From: a virus
Lineage: Duplodnaviria > Caudoviricetes
Strand: one strand, 5' to 3'
Length of the DNA stretch: 42,623 nucleotides
IMG/VR virus record: IMGVR_UViG_3300037851_000125
Span: 1-42,623 of that record
Notes under the pieces: model-generated
What the model saw: the letters and a program-made list of their open reading frames with translations, nothing else
What the model was told of the DNA's origin: nothing
Databases searched by the model: none
Part shown: positions 1-10,380 of the stretch, piece by piece
Numbering within the stretch: the stretch's first letter is position 1
Layout of the letters: every line of letters begins with the position of its first letter
Program-made: the position numbers and the translations under genes

Positions 1-1278
1 TGTTTCAGTAGTAAAAGTAAATGATATATTTTTACCCTGACCACCTCTTGTTGTACCATCACCTTTAAAAATCCACATATATGTGCTGGCATCAGAATCT
101 AATGTTATATCATTATATTTATTAAAACAATCATGAGTTTCTGGTACAGAATTTACTGTAGGTATTGTATTAGAATTTAACTGAGCTAGTGTAAATGTAA
201 TTGCATCAGATGTACCATCTTCATTATAAATGGTGCACGTTCCATCAGATTTAAATCTATATGCTCTTGTATCATATACAGAATTATCTACATCCCAAAA
301 TCCCTCAGTAATTCCAGAAGCAAACAATATATTATTTTTAGTTTCTAAATTCTTTGGAATAATATCATAATTTACAAAGTTAAATTCTGCTGATGTTAAC
401 GTACCTAAATTTTGTGTACCGTTATCAATTATAGTGAGTGAACTATCTGTTTCTCCTTCATATATGACAGTTATTTCTGGGTCATTTAGTAAATTTGTAT
501 GTAATAACCTTACTATTTTAATTCTATTAAAATCAGAATCTATATTAGAAATAGTTAATTTTACAGCTTTTCCTGAATTTTCTTCAATAACTCCACCACT
601 AAATAATACATCATTACCTGAAGAAGTACTTGGTGATAATGGAACTAAACTACTTGGAAATGAAAATGCTGTAGAAGACCCGTATAAATTATAAAGTTGA
701 TAAGCATATTGTACTTTACCAACCTTTAAACTACCTGTTGTAATAGAATCAACAGTTATTGTTGAAAATGAAAAACTTGGGATATAATCAAACCAGGTTG
801 AATCTTTGGAAAAAATATTTGGATCTGCTATATTAGCAAACTTTAACCTTTGATTACCATCAGACCAATATATTTTTTGTAATACCGAAGATTCATATCT
901 ACCTACAACATCTAGTATTTTGTAAGATAATGATAACCCTAAAGCCCCTTCATATATATAAGTCAGTCCTGTGATACTACCACCATCATTTATGGTGGCT
1001 GTATATATTCTATCAGAAGCTGCATCACCAACTTTGTTAGAATCTATAGCTAAAATTACCAGAGTGTTTCTAATGGTAGTCCACCCCCAAAATAAATACC
1101 CACTAGCTAAAGAAAAACTCAAAGTATTACCTTTGATATTTTCTAAAGACATTGTAGTTAATCCTTCATCTGTTATAAATCTGAAATTTTCTATATTATA
1201 TGCAGAATCATTTGGATATTTATTAACGGAAGAATCCCTATCTATACCTTTGGTAAAAGACTGTATATGTGAAGCCAT
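1..1278 (-). CDS. Tail stabilisation/muzzle protein (crAss Tstab-like), runs off the window start
   Basis: Not in the ORF track. ATG at 1278 reads MASHIQSFTKGIDRDSSVNKYPNDSAYNIENFRF..., later GSLKVGKVQYAYQLYN, and stays open toward base 1. It directly follows the ring/tubular gene, as in crAss-like phages. Confidence 0.75.
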   Translation of the reverse strand, partial: MASHIQSFTKGIDRDSSVNKYPNDSAYNIENFRFITDEGLTTMSLENIKGNTLSFSLASGYLFWGWTTIRNTLVILAIDSNKVGDAASDRIYTATINDGGSITGLTYIYEGALGLSLSYKILDVVGRYESSVLQKIYWSDGNQRLKFANIADPNIFSKDSTWFDYIPSFSFSTITVDSITTGSLKVGKVQYAYQLYNLYGSSTAFSFPSSLVPLSPSTSSGNDVLFSGGVIEENSGKAVKLTISNIDSDFNRIKIVRLLHTNLLNDPEITVIYEGETDSSLTIIDNGTQNLGTLTSAEFNFVNYDIIPKNLETKNNILFASGITEGFWDVDNSVYDTRAYRFKSDGTCTIYNEDGTSDAITFTLAQLNSNTIPTVNSVPETHDCFNKYNDITLDSDASTYMWIFKGDGTTRGGQGKNISFTFTTET

Positions 1279-1282
1279 TTAA

Positions 1283-2101
1283 TTAAATTTTAGATATTGG
1301 TTGTAAGTCTCCAAGAGTATTAAATCCTCTATAATGTTCATCAGGTCTTTGTATTAAAGATACAGCTCTATTCTTTAAAGCTTCTGTTTTATCAATACTT
1401 TCTAGTTTTAGTTTGTTAATTGCAGACCCAACATGTAAATAATAATCTCTTTCTATTTCATCTCGCAACTCTTTAGTTATTTCCCCTGTCCATCTATACT
1501 TTTTAGAAAGTTTCATTTTAATATAACTTTCTATAGCCCTAACAATTTTAGGTTCTTCAGGAATCATAGGAGTATAATCCTGATATACCGGAAAAGCTTT
1601 ATAAGATAATTCTAACTCTATATCACTGATATTAGTATAAATATATCCATTTTGTATTTTATATTTCATAAATGTATCTGCCATACCGTTACCTAGTACG
1701 CCAGAAACATATACTTCTTGCTCTATCTGTACAGGATCTCCATTTGGATCCCAATACATTGTTTCTCCTTCAATTACAACTTTACCTGATTGTACTGTTG
1801 TTGTAGGATGATTGTATTCACTCATAAAATGAATATCAGCACTTTTAATTAAAGGAATTTTGCTAAGATTGTGTCTAACTCCCATCTCAGCTTCTGTATA
1901 AAAGTCTTCTGGAAGTAATACCCTATAATTTTCTACAGAAAGTACTACACACTTTTCTATAAGCGTTGCTGGGTGGTCTATATATCCTATAACTTCCCAC
2001 ACCCATTGTATAGCATCCTGTTGGTCAATGGTTTTAATAGGTACTTCCCTAAGTACATTTTCTATTACTGAGTTTACATGTATATAGTTACTATTAAACA
2101 T
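1283..2101 (-). CDS. Tail tubular/ring protein (crAss Ttub-like)
   Basis: 272 aa with KYKIQNGYIYTN and ELSYKAFP..DYTPMIP motifs; lies just before the muzzle gene. Confidence 0.7.
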   Translation of the reverse strand: MFNSNYIHVNSVIENVLREVPIKTIDQQDAIQWVWEVIGYIDHPATLIEKCVVLSVENYRVLLPEDFYTEAEMGVRHNLSKIPLIKSADIHFMSEYNHPTTTVQSGKVVIEGETMYWDPNGDPVQIEQEVYVSGVLGNGMADTFMKYKIQNGYIYTNISDIELELSYKAFPVYQDYTPMIPEEPKIVRAIESYIKMKLSKKYRWTGEITKELRDEIERDYYLHVGSAINKLKLESIDKTEALKNRAVSLIQRPDEHYRGFNTLGDLQPISKI

Positions 2102-2103
2102 AA

Positions 2104-2382
2104 TTATTTCATTTCATTAAGTTTATCCCTAGTTTGTTCAAATATAGAATACTTAGGAATTTCTGTTTGAATATCTTTTAATATATTAGTTTTACTAAAA
2201 TATTCTTTATCTTCACTAATCCATTCCCCTTTGGAATTATTTCCGTATTTACTAACAGTAATTAAAAATCCATTTTCTATCTGTCTTGCACGTACTTCTT
2301 GAGTTAAACCATCCTTCTTTTGAGAAAAAGACATATTCTCTTTAAAAGATTCTTTAGCGATATTTACTTTATTTTCTTTCAT
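2104..2382 (-). CDS. Hypothetical protein
   Basis: 92-aa ORF coupled to both neighbours. Confidence 0.6.
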   Translation of the reverse strand: MKENKVNIAKESFKENMSFSQKKDGLTQEVRARQIENGFLITVSKYGNNSKGEWISEDKEYFSKTNILKDIQTEIPKYSIFEQTRDKLNEMK

Positions 2383-2917
2383 AATAATCTACTCTATTAA
2401 AAGTGTTTATATAATTTGAAACTTTATTTTTTATAGCCCTTACTGGTTCAAAATAATATGCTATTTTATTTGGAACAATACATAAACTTTTGTCCCAAAA
2501 CCAACGAGCATATTTACCATCTGTATTTTCATGTAACCAAAATATTTTAGGTTTGTCTGGTATAGCTGCTATTTCTTCTCCAGTTAATCCTGGATACAAT
2601 GCTTCCCACTTCTTTTTACAAGCAGCAAAATCTAATTTGAGAAATTTAGTTTCAGCTTTACCTGTTTTCTCATTAATAAAAAAAACACTTTCTTTTTTTA
2701 TTAAATATATAGAACCCATTCTTCCTGGCATATAAAATTCAAAATTATCCCAAACTATTTTATCAGATATTTTATCGTGAAATCCTTCTAATATAGCTGT
2801 AAATTGTGCTCTTGTTATAGGAGAATGTTTACAGTTTTTTTTATAATACCTGTAAATATCTGTTGTTTTATAATCTGCTAATATTTCCCTTTTACCCCTT
2901 TTAAATGCTAGTGCCAT
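2369..2917 (-). CDS. HU/IHF-like DNA-binding protein of the crAss tail module
   Basis: Basic 182-aa protein; helical N-terminus followed by FEFYMPGRMGSIYLIKK and a WLHENTDG motif; expected gene position. Confidence 0.6.
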   Translation of the reverse strand: MALAFKRGKREILADYKTTDIYRYYKKNCKHSPITRAQFTAILEGFHDKISDKIVWDNFEFYMPGRMGSIYLIKKESVFFINEKTGKAETKFLKLDFAACKKKWEALYPGLTGEEIAAIPDKPKIFWLHENTDGKYARWFWDKSLCIVPNKIAYYFEPVRAIKNKVSNYINTFNRVDYYERK

Positions 2918-3594
2918 TATTTAATATCATCTGTTTGGTTACTTGTTTGGTCTACTGGTTGTAAAACATTAAGTTTATAATCTTCACTTAATATTATATT
3001 TTCTAAATCCACTGCCATATTAAAACTTATAGGATATTCACTTTTTTCATCATAAGAACTATTTGTTAATAAACCAGCACTCATAGGATCTTGAAATATT
3101 CCTCTTCCAGTTATATATTTAAGTTGTCTGTAATCAGTTCCTCCAGAAGTTAAATATATTTTATTATTATAATAAAATCCATATAATGTATTTTTATTGA
3201 ATCTACCATTACCAACATATTTACTTTGTTCAAATGTTACCATTTTTATTGTTGGTGATAATAAATCTCCTCCAGATATTCCTGCAAATAAAGGTTCTCC
3301 ATTATTATTAAATAGTGGAAGAGGAATATTATTAATTGTACGTAACATTTTTCTACCAGAAAGTAATCCGGTAACTACAGAGGAATCTACAAGTTCTAAC
3401 TTTTGAGATCCAATAGATTGATTAAATGTTTCCTCAATAGGCATTAGAGGATATTTTTCAATCTTCTGTTTAATTAGTTTAGCTCTTGTAGTATGTATTT
3501 TGTGATATAACTCTCTTATATCTATAGACTCACTATTTCTAATATATGCTCTATATGTTTCAAGTATTTTATATGCAATATCGTTTAAAGTCAT
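2917..3594 (-). CDS. Tail ring/structural protein
   Basis: 225 aa beginning MTLNDIAYKILE, with a GIFQDP..EYPI C-terminal pattern; synteny with crAss ring proteins. Confidence 0.6.
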   Translation of the reverse strand: MTLNDIAYKILETYRAYIRNSESIDIRELYHKIHTTRAKLIKQKIEKYPLMPIEETFNQSIGSQKLELVDSSVVTGLLSGRKMLRTINNIPLPLFNNNGEPLFAGISGGDLLSPTIKMVTFEQSKYVGNGRFNKNTLYGFYYNNKIYLTSGGTDYRQLKYITGRGIFQDPMSAGLLTNSSYDEKSEYPISFNMAVDLENIILSEDYKLNVLQPVDQTSNQTDDIK

Positions 3595-4130
3595 TTTATA
3601 ACTTTTATATTTGTTTCAACATGAACAGTATCTTTCTTACATTCAGAATATACTTTACAAGTATAGTAAGGTCTGTACTTAATAAATAAGAATCTTTTAT
3701 AATAATCTTTATAAATAAATGTTGTTAATTTATCATTTAATTCTAAAGTTTTTATATTTAAACCTGTTTTATCTATACTTCCTTCTACTTTAAAACACCC
3801 CTTACTAACTAAAAATTTTTCACTTCCTTCAATTTTTACAGTATCAAAAGCTACATGTTTAATTACAGTATCCTTATAGTTATATTTTGTTATGATGATA
3901 TTTGTTACATTTTTCAATTTTATATCTAAAGCCTTACTAAGACTATCTAACTGTTTTCCATAGAACTGCTGTAATTCACTTTTAGTTAGTAACAGTTGTC
4001 TTGAATTGTCATCTTTTAAAGCTATAATATTATTATTTAGTCTTTTATTTTCAGCTTTTAAACTATATATTGTGTATCCCATACCAATTATTAATAAGAT
4101 ACCTGTGATATATATTCCTAGTTTACTCAT
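3591..4130 (-). CDS. Membrane-anchored coiled-coil protein, probable spanin (Rz-like)
   Basis: N-terminal TM helix, then coiled coil and a KRFLFIKY C-terminal motif. Confidence 0.5.
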   Translation of the reverse strand: MSKLGIYITGILLIIGMGYTIYSLKAENKRLNNNIIALKDDNSRQLLLTKSELQQFYGKQLDSLSKALDIKLKNVTNIIITKYNYKDTVIKHVAFDTVKIEGSEKFLVSKGCFKVEGSIDKTGLNIKTLELNDKLTTFIYKDYYKRFLFIKYRPYYTCKVYSECKKDTVHVETNIKVIK

Positions 4131-4402
4131 GTTAATTTTAAAAAATATTTTTTACCAGTTATTTCAGAAATATGTTCCATACAACTCATGGCTTTAACAG
4201 CATCAAAATAATTATCGTCTCCTGGTTCCGCACTAAAGTAATTGTATAATATTTCTATGTACTTTTTCAAGTATATTAATTTGATAGTATCAAACCTGGA
4301 TTCAAATCTATTACCTAATTTTCTTTTATTAATTGTTTTCTGTACAAAGTCCATATAAGCATTTCTTACAGAGGCAATGTATTCAGCTTGGTCATTAGTC
4401 AT
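4127..4402 (-). CDS. Small virion protein, putative tail hub subunit
   Basis: 91-aa helical ORF; call rests on position only. Confidence 0.4.
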   Translation of the reverse strand: MTNDQAEYIASVRNAYMDFVQKTINKRKLGNRFESRFDTIKLIYLKKYIEILYNYFSAEPGDDNYFDAVKAMSCMEHISEITGKKYFLKLT

Positions 4403-4985
4403 CTATTAAACTATTTAGATCATCAATAATATTTAATATAGCTGTTTCTCTAGTTTCATAAGGTTCTGCCAATATAGCTTGATAATAAGCTTCTTTCTGT
4501 AGAGGTTGTATTAAAGCTAACACATCATCACTTTGTAATGATAGTTCTTTTCTTCTCCATACAGCGGGTACATCAGCAAAGTCATTAGCCATATCTATCT
4601 CAATTTGGCCTAGTATTACTAAAGTAGTTGTATAACTATTTAACAAACTATCCCCATTATCATAAAGATTGTAGGTTACTTCGTAAATACCATCAGATAA
4701 CATATCTGTAGCTGTACCTATTGCTGCCCCAGATACTAATAAATCATCACAACCTATTTCAAAAACAAGTTGAGAAGTTAAAGTATATGGGCCTGGATAT
4801 GTAATAGTATCACACACCAATGTTTCATCATAGGTTTTTATTACAATATCTAATGTTAGATAATTACCCTCGGGGGTAGGAAGAGCTTCTTCACTAACCC
4901 AAGTGGCACTAGCATCTGTAAAAGTTAAAAGTTTAGCATCATTGCTCTGTGTTGGAGGAGATACTAAAGCAAAGGTTGTTAGCAT
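4395..4985 (-). CDS. Virion protein, putative tail hub/fibre-attachment subunit
   Basis: 196 aa with LTFTD and LSDGIYEVTY beta-sandwich motifs and a helical C-terminus. Confidence 0.5.
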   Translation of the reverse strand: MLTTFALVSPPTQSNDAKLLTFTDASATWVSEEALPTPEGNYLTLDIVIKTYDETLVCDTITYPGPYTLTSQLVFEIGCDDLLVSGAAIGTATDMLSDGIYEVTYNLYDNGDSLLNSYTTTLVILGQIEIDMANDFADVPAVWRRKELSLQSDDVLALIQPLQKEAYYQAILAEPYETRETAILNIIDDLNSLIDD

Positions 4986-4987
4986 TT

Positions 4988-5209
4988 TTATTCAGTTTTT
5001 TCTGGGTTAAACTTTTTTAAAAGTTCTTGTAAATTTATTAACGCTCCTTCTAATTTAAACTTTGCTTGAGTCAAATCATTGATTTTATTTAGAGTGTCAC
5101 TATAAGATTTATATAATGTATCATACTCTTTAACTAAATCTTCTTTACTCAAACTTACAACACTTTTTAATTCTTCAGTTTTAATTTCTTTAGATTCCAT
5201 TTCTTCCAT
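4988..5209 (-). CDS. Small coiled-coil protein, possible fibre chaperone
   Basis: 73-aa heptad-rich ORF. Confidence 0.45.
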   Translation of the reverse strand: MEEMESKEIKTEELKSVVSLSKEDLVKEYDTLYKSYSDTLNKINDLTQAKFKLEGALINLQELLKKFNPEKTE

Positions 5210-5233
5210 AATAAATTATTTTTAATTAAAAAA

Positions 5234-5264
5234 CAAATATACAATATATTTTTATATAAACAAA
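5234..5264 (-). promoter_or_regulatory. Bacteroidota primary-sigma promoter (-33/-7)
   Basis: Minus strand TTTG-N19-TATATTTG matches the TTTG / TAnnTTTG consensus. Confidence 0.65.
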
Positions 5265-5269
5265 TTTGT

Positions 5270-5500
5270 TTATATTTTATTTTCTTCCGTATAGTTTGGA
5301 TCTAAAGTAAATTGTCCTATAAGTTTTATTGTAGCTAATATACTATTACCTATAGCATTTACCCAAGTTACTGTATTGGGATCTAATCCTGGTAAAGTTA
5401 ATATTATACTTGTATATATGGGTATAGCTACTATAGCTATATCCCCAATCTTTCTCCATTTTGGGTTGGAGGGTTTGTTGTAATTACTTAATTTTAGCAT
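5270..5500 (-). CDS. Putative holin
   Basis: 76 aa; KPSNPKWRKIGD followed by two hydrophobic segments. Confidence 0.55.
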   Translation of the reverse strand: MLKLSNYNKPSNPKWRKIGDIAIVAIPIYTSIILTLPGLDPNTVTWVNAIGNSILATIKLIGQFTLDPNYTEENKI

Positions 5501-5510
5501 CTTTTTATAA

Positions 5511-8500
5511 TTATTCTCCTACGTAATTTACTGTTAAATTGGAATATAAAGGAGTTACAGCTACTGTTCCTACTCCATCATGTCTACATCTTAAATCTAA
5601 ATCCCAAGGAGCTGTAGTTACATTAATAATTCCTCCCCCACTCATAGAACCTACATCAGCTCCAGTACCAATCTTTCTAGCGGCATGTGGAGAGTTTTGT
5701 TCAGTACCATTTAAAAATACAGTGGCTCTTAGTGTTATATTGTTAGTATCTGTTGTAAATGACAAACTCCAATTTACATAATACCTACCAGTTTTAGTAA
5801 TAGTTATTTTATCATTAGCTTGATCTGCTGTACAATTAGATGATTCCTCATTTGTTGCAAAATGGGTCATTTTAGTATATGTAGTACCAGTTGCTATATT
5901 TTGTGCTGTAACCCCATCATTTACATATATTCCTGCAAATGTACCTGCTTGATATATACTACCTGTAGCTGTTACACTTCCTGTAGATGCAATAGTTAAT
6001 CTTTCTGTATTATTAGTTTTGAATCCAAGTGCAAGGTTCTCTAATTGACTTATCCAAGCTTTTCCTGTGCTATCTATTCCAATATCAAAACCATCATTAC
6101 TTGTTGTTCCTGTAGTAGTTCCAGCAGTAAATTTATGGTATGTTGCTAATCCTGTTCCTACGTCTTGATGTAATGTAGCAGTAGATACTCCGGCAGTAGA
6201 TCCTAAACTAATTTTACCATAGGATGTTAAATTTCCAGATAAACCATAATTACCATTTGCATAAAACAAATGTTTAGCAACGCCATTGTTATCTAATTCT
6301 AGTAATTGTGCTGTTGCGTTTGATAGTGTATTATGAGTATCTAATTTATAGGCTATAGCACTAGCTCCATCTGCAACTCTAGGATTCATATCTATTCTTG
6401 TAGTTGCCCCTATTAAAGCTTTTAATATAGATCCACTTACTGTTCCAGATACGGTAGGATTATCTACTATATTAATTATATCTCCTGTATTAGCTCCTGT
6501 TCCAGATTGTTCTCTTAATACAGATATTAAACTTGATGAGTTTGTTCCACTAATACTATTACTAGATGTTACAATTAATCCTCCACCAAGTCCTACAGTT
6601 GTGGCCTTTACACCATAACCGTTATTTGAACATACTCCTATTACACCGTAATAAGCGGAACTACCATTATAATATCCTTGTATAACGCCCGTTCCTCCAG
6701 AATAAGGTGAAGAAGCGGTGATAGATATTGATTGCCCTATATACTCTCCTAATCTATTAATATATACAAGTTCGGTTCCTTGGTTTTTTATGCTTAATAA
6801 CTTAGCTCCACCAACGGATAAATTATTGTGAGTATCAAACATATAAGCAACCGCACTTGCACCATCTGCTACACCAGGTTGGAAATATAATCTACCTGTT
6901 CCAGAATAAGTCATATTAATATTATTATCTGAAATAGTAGTAGTGGTACTTCCCAATCCTGCTTGAAAATTACTAGCTTGCCACAAACCATTACAATCTA
7001 AATAAGATTTATTAGACCCTGCAACAGATAAGTTTAATATTCTAGTTGTTCCTGTTAATGCTGTATCAGTATCTAATAAATAGGCTGAGTTTGTTCCACT
7101 ATTAGTAACTCTAGGATTTAAACTAATTCTTTCTGTAGATCCTATTGTTGCTGATAACACTTTACCAGATATAGTTCCTGAAGTAGTTGGATTGTCAGTT
7201 ATACTTATAATATCTCCTGTTAAGTTACTTGTACCTCCACCTAATTTACTTAATACTAATACATGAGAACTTGTTGAGCCACTTGCGTTCTGTGAAAATC
7301 CTGCTGCGTTACCTGTACTTGATTGTCCGTACACACCCGTACTATTTGTAGAAAAACCTTGAACTCCGTACCCAGATGTAGACCACCCATTTACTCCATT
7401 ATCAGAATTAGCTCTACCGGTAAGGCTTGTTGCATAAAAATAACCATTTACATTTAGTCTTGTGGTTAAAGTAGGATTTGTAGAACTAGTATCAAAACTT
7501 AAAAATGCTTGTTGTGCTGCATAAGGAGTATACTTATCTGTACTCCAATCTAATATATCGTCTGTAGGAGTTACTATATCACTAGTTAATGCTAAAGTTC
7601 CTGTAGTTGTCGGTAATAATAATACAGGATTTCCAGCAACAGAAGCTGTCATAATAGTAGCACTTCCAGAAGTAGAACCATATATAGTTAATGTGCCAGG
7701 AGTTGTTGCTGATACTCCTAATTCTAAATTAGATTTGGCATACAAATTAGTTGCATGTAAATATCCATCATAATTTAATCTATTTGTAGCACTAGGATCT
7801 GAAGTACCTCCATAGAATTTACCAGATGATGCTACACCTCCAGCTTCAGTTTTATCGGTATAAGGTCTGTAATAACTACTTCCTAAATCAAATTTAAAAG
7901 TATAATCTGTTGGTGTTACTCCTCCACCAGCAGCATAATAATTACCATCATCTGCTAGAAAATTAGTTCCTGCTCCAGCAATTGTAAGAATAGAGGCGTT
8001 GTTCCATATTAGAACATCTCCAGCACTTATTGCTTGAACTGCTGCTAAATCATCAAAATCTGCAATTAAAGCATTTATGCTACCATCTATCAGATTATTA
8101 AGATTTACGGGAGAACCGTTATTAGCTATAGTATCTTGAAAAATCAATTCTCCATCATTACCTTCATATATCTTAACAGAAGGAGTTGAAAACATTAAAT
8201 CTTTTCCAGATTGTATTAACACATCTGCATTAAACCATAAACTACTAGATAAGAAATTACCTTTAATAATAGGATTTGCTGTAGCACTGTTGGCTATATA
8301 TAAATAGTTACTTCCAGTTTCATTATCTCCAGCATTAGGGCCTAGTAATACATTACTATTTTCATACCTGAAAAAATTACTATCAAAATTATCAGCTACA
8401 ATATGACCACTAACTTCTAACTCAGCTTGGGTAGGATCTACATTTATACCTACCATATCAGTACCAGTTCCAAAATATATATTACTTCCTGATATAGTCC

Positions 8501-9410
8501 AAGGGTTAGTAGCTCCAGCAGCTAAAGTAGATAAAGTTATTGGTGCGCCATAGGATGTATCATAAAACGTTAAATCCCCACTATTATCTAAAATATAAGC
8601 TGAATTATTTAAATATAAAGTATTAGTTACGTTAATATCATAACTAGTTAAGGTGTTTGTAGAATCGTTTATTGTTATGTTAGAGTTTGACCCAAACACC
8701 CCACCATTATTAAATTGTACTTCTGTATCACTACCAGCTACAGTATTTGAGATGGTATAATATGTTCCATCATCAGCCAAAAACTGAGTGCCTGCTCCAC
8801 TAGATATTAAACTATCCAATAAAGCTTTATTGGTATGTGTATGTGTATTTGTATAAGCAGTTCCCCAATTAGTAATATTAGTTCCACTTATACCATACGC
8901 AGGATGGGCTATAAATACAGGATCTACTTCTACAGTTAAATATCCAGCACTAGCATGATTACCCCAACCATAAGCCGTATTCCAATTATTTATTTGTGTT
9001 GGGGTTACGGTAGAACTTATTAAAGATGATAGTGTTGTTTCTAAATTAGACCCATCCCTAAATATTAAATTATCAGATTCATCTCTTCTAATATAAACAG
9101 AAGTATCCCTAAAATAAACAAGTTCGTTCGTAGTATAGGAATTAGCATAAACTCCTCCAACAACCCTTAATATTTCACTTCCAACAAAACCACTACTATT
9201 ACCAATAATAACTTTATTGGTAACATCTAAAGGTCTTAAATAATTACTTATTTTTTGCCAATTACTATCATTACCCGAAGGTGTAGTAATAGGTTGTACC
9301 TCTTTTAATACAACTAATTCTGTAGGCTGTTGGTAGTTGCTTACAGGAATTATAGGTTGCCCACCACCTCCAGGAATTGTAGGACTATTATTTATTTGGT
9401 ATACTCCCAT
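5511..9410 (-). CDS. Long tail fibre/receptor-binding protein
   Basis: 1299 aa, G/S/T/N-rich; WNTAYGWGNHA and AGSDTEVQFNNGG fibre motifs, internal repeats, and a C1q/BclA-like C-terminus (ITITKTGRYYVNWSLSF). Confidence 0.8.
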   Translation of the reverse strand: MGVYQINNSPTIPGGGGQPIIPVSNYQQPTELVVLKEVQPITTPSGNDSNWQKISNYLRPLDVTNKVIIGNSSGFVGSEILRVVGGVYANSYTTNELVYFRDTSVYIRRDESDNLIFRDGSNLETTLSSLISSTVTPTQINNWNTAYGWGNHASAGYLTVEVDPVFIAHPAYGISGTNITNWGTAYTNTHTHTNKALLDSLISSGAGTQFLADDGTYYTISNTVAGSDTEVQFNNGGVFGSNSNITINDSTNTLTSYDINVTNTLYLNNSAYILDNSGDLTFYDTSYGAPITLSTLAAGATNPWTISGSNIYFGTGTDMVGINVDPTQAELEVSGHIVADNFDSNFFRYENSNVLLGPNAGDNETGSNYLYIANSATANPIIKGNFLSSSLWFNADVLIQSGKDLMFSTPSVKIYEGNDGELIFQDTIANNGSPVNLNNLIDGSINALIADFDDLAAVQAISAGDVLIWNNASILTIAGAGTNFLADDGNYYAAGGGVTPTDYTFKFDLGSSYYRPYTDKTEAGGVASSGKFYGGTSDPSATNRLNYDGYLHATNLYAKSNLELGVSATTPGTLTIYGSTSGSATIMTASVAGNPVLLLPTTTGTLALTSDIVTPTDDILDWSTDKYTPYAAQQAFLSFDTSSTNPTLTTRLNVNGYFYATSLTGRANSDNGVNGWSTSGYGVQGFSTNSTGVYGQSSTGNAAGFSQNASGSTSSHVLVLSKLGGGTSNLTGDIISITDNPTTSGTISGKVLSATIGSTERISLNPRVTNSGTNSAYLLDTDTALTGTTRILNLSVAGSNKSYLDCNGLWQASNFQAGLGSTTTTISDNNINMTYSGTGRLYFQPGVADGASAVAYMFDTHNNLSVGGAKLLSIKNQGTELVYINRLGEYIGQSISITASSPYSGGTGVIQGYYNGSSAYYGVIGVCSNNGYGVKATTVGLGGGLIVTSSNSISGTNSSSLISVLREQSGTGANTGDIINIVDNPTVSGTVSGSILKALIGATTRIDMNPRVADGASAIAYKLDTHNTLSNATAQLLELDNNGVAKHLFYANGNYGLSGNLTSYGKISLGSTAGVSTATLHQDVGTGLATYHKFTAGTTTGTTSNDGFDIGIDSTGKAWISQLENLALGFKTNNTERLTIASTGSVTATGSIYQAGTFAGIYVNDGVTAQNIATGTTYTKMTHFATNEESSNCTADQANDKITITKTGRYYVNWSLSFTTDTNNITLRATVFLNGTEQNSPHAARKIGTGADVGSMSGGGIINVTTAPWDLDLRCRHDGVGTVAVTPLYSNLTVNYVGE

Positions 9411-9892
9411 TAATTTTCAAATTTTGTATTGTTTACCCTATTAAACCATCCTTTAAGGAATTTGTTTAGTTTAGGTTTATTTTTTACAAGTCTTAGATAA
9501 TAACCTTTTCTGGCGTTAATATAATCAGCTACTACATTTCCCTGCCAAGATTTAATACTGTTGGATGTTATATTACCAATTACCCCATCTTGAGTTATTC
9601 CTAACATTTCTTGTAGTAATTTTATAGCTGATTTAGTTCCTGCATTTACTCCCATATCAAATAAATGCAGCTTTAGTAACTCATTATCAATTTTATCTAA
9701 ATTCATAGGCAACCAATAACTTTCAAAATATATTTTGGAAGCCTGTTCTACAGTTAGATTCTTAATATCTAAATGTGGAAACTGTTTCTTACAAATGCCG
9801 TATTTAGTTTCTCCTCCAGGATCATCTGGGTCATTTACATAGCCCCCTTCATGTTTTAATATTACTTTTAAATAATCTCCAAAGCTTTTCAT
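9410..9892 (-). CDS. Endolysin, glycoside hydrolase family 108 with C-terminal peptidoglycan-binding domain
   Basis: HEGGYVNDPDDPGGETKYGI signature; FDMGVNAG; FLKGWFNRV. Confidence 0.92.
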   Translation of the reverse strand: MKSFGDYLKVILKHEGGYVNDPDDPGGETKYGICKKQFPHLDIKNLTVEQASKIYFESYWLPMNLDKIDNELLKLHLFDMGVNAGTKSAIKLLQEMLGITQDGVIGNITSNSIKSWQGNVVADYINARKGYYLRLVKNKPKLNKFLKGWFNRVNNTKFEN

Positions 9893-9899
9893 AAGTTTA

Positions 9900-10217
9900 T
9901 TATTTAATTAGGGTAATAACTTTTTCAAATCCTAATGATGTAATTTTAACAACTGCAAAAACAAGTCCTACAGCTATTGCAAATGCAGATCTTGGATTTT
10001 GTTGTGCAAATCTCCACACCTTAGTTTCTTCTTCAAGTTTAGTTACTCTACCATTAGTTTTAACAGTTTGGTCTAAAATCTTTTGCAACTGCATTTGTAT
10101 TAACTCATTATTAGCTCTTATTTCCCCACGTATAGATGTTCCTAAATCCTCTATAGATTTATGTGTAAATTCAAAACTTTTATCTATACTCTCCTTGTGT
10201 AATTGACATGGCCCCAT
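9900..10217 (-). CDS. Coiled-coil protein with C-terminal TM helix, holin-like
   Basis: KTNGRVTKLEE motif plus one TM segment; directly upstream of the endolysin. Confidence 0.5.
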   Translation of the reverse strand: MGPCQLHKESIDKSFEFTHKSIEDLGTSIRGEIRANNELIQMQLQKILDQTVKTNGRVTKLEEETKVWRFAQQNPRSAFAIAVGLVFAVVKITSLGFEKVITLIK

Positions 10218-10349
10218 CTGAAATTGTTAAAAGATTAGAATATTATGTTTACAGTATTATATAATCTACAGTTGTTCTATCATAACTATACTTTAGAAAG
10301 CATTAATTATTGTTGTTAATATTAAAATATATTTTTATTATTGGATCTG

Positions 10350-10380
10350 GTAATCTGTGTTTTGTCATGAATTTAAATTT
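10350..10380. repeat. 31-bp direct repeat, copy 1 (copy 2 at 20454-20484)
   Basis: GTAATCTGTGTTTTGTCATGAATTTAAATTT is identical at both loci. Confidence 0.9.
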
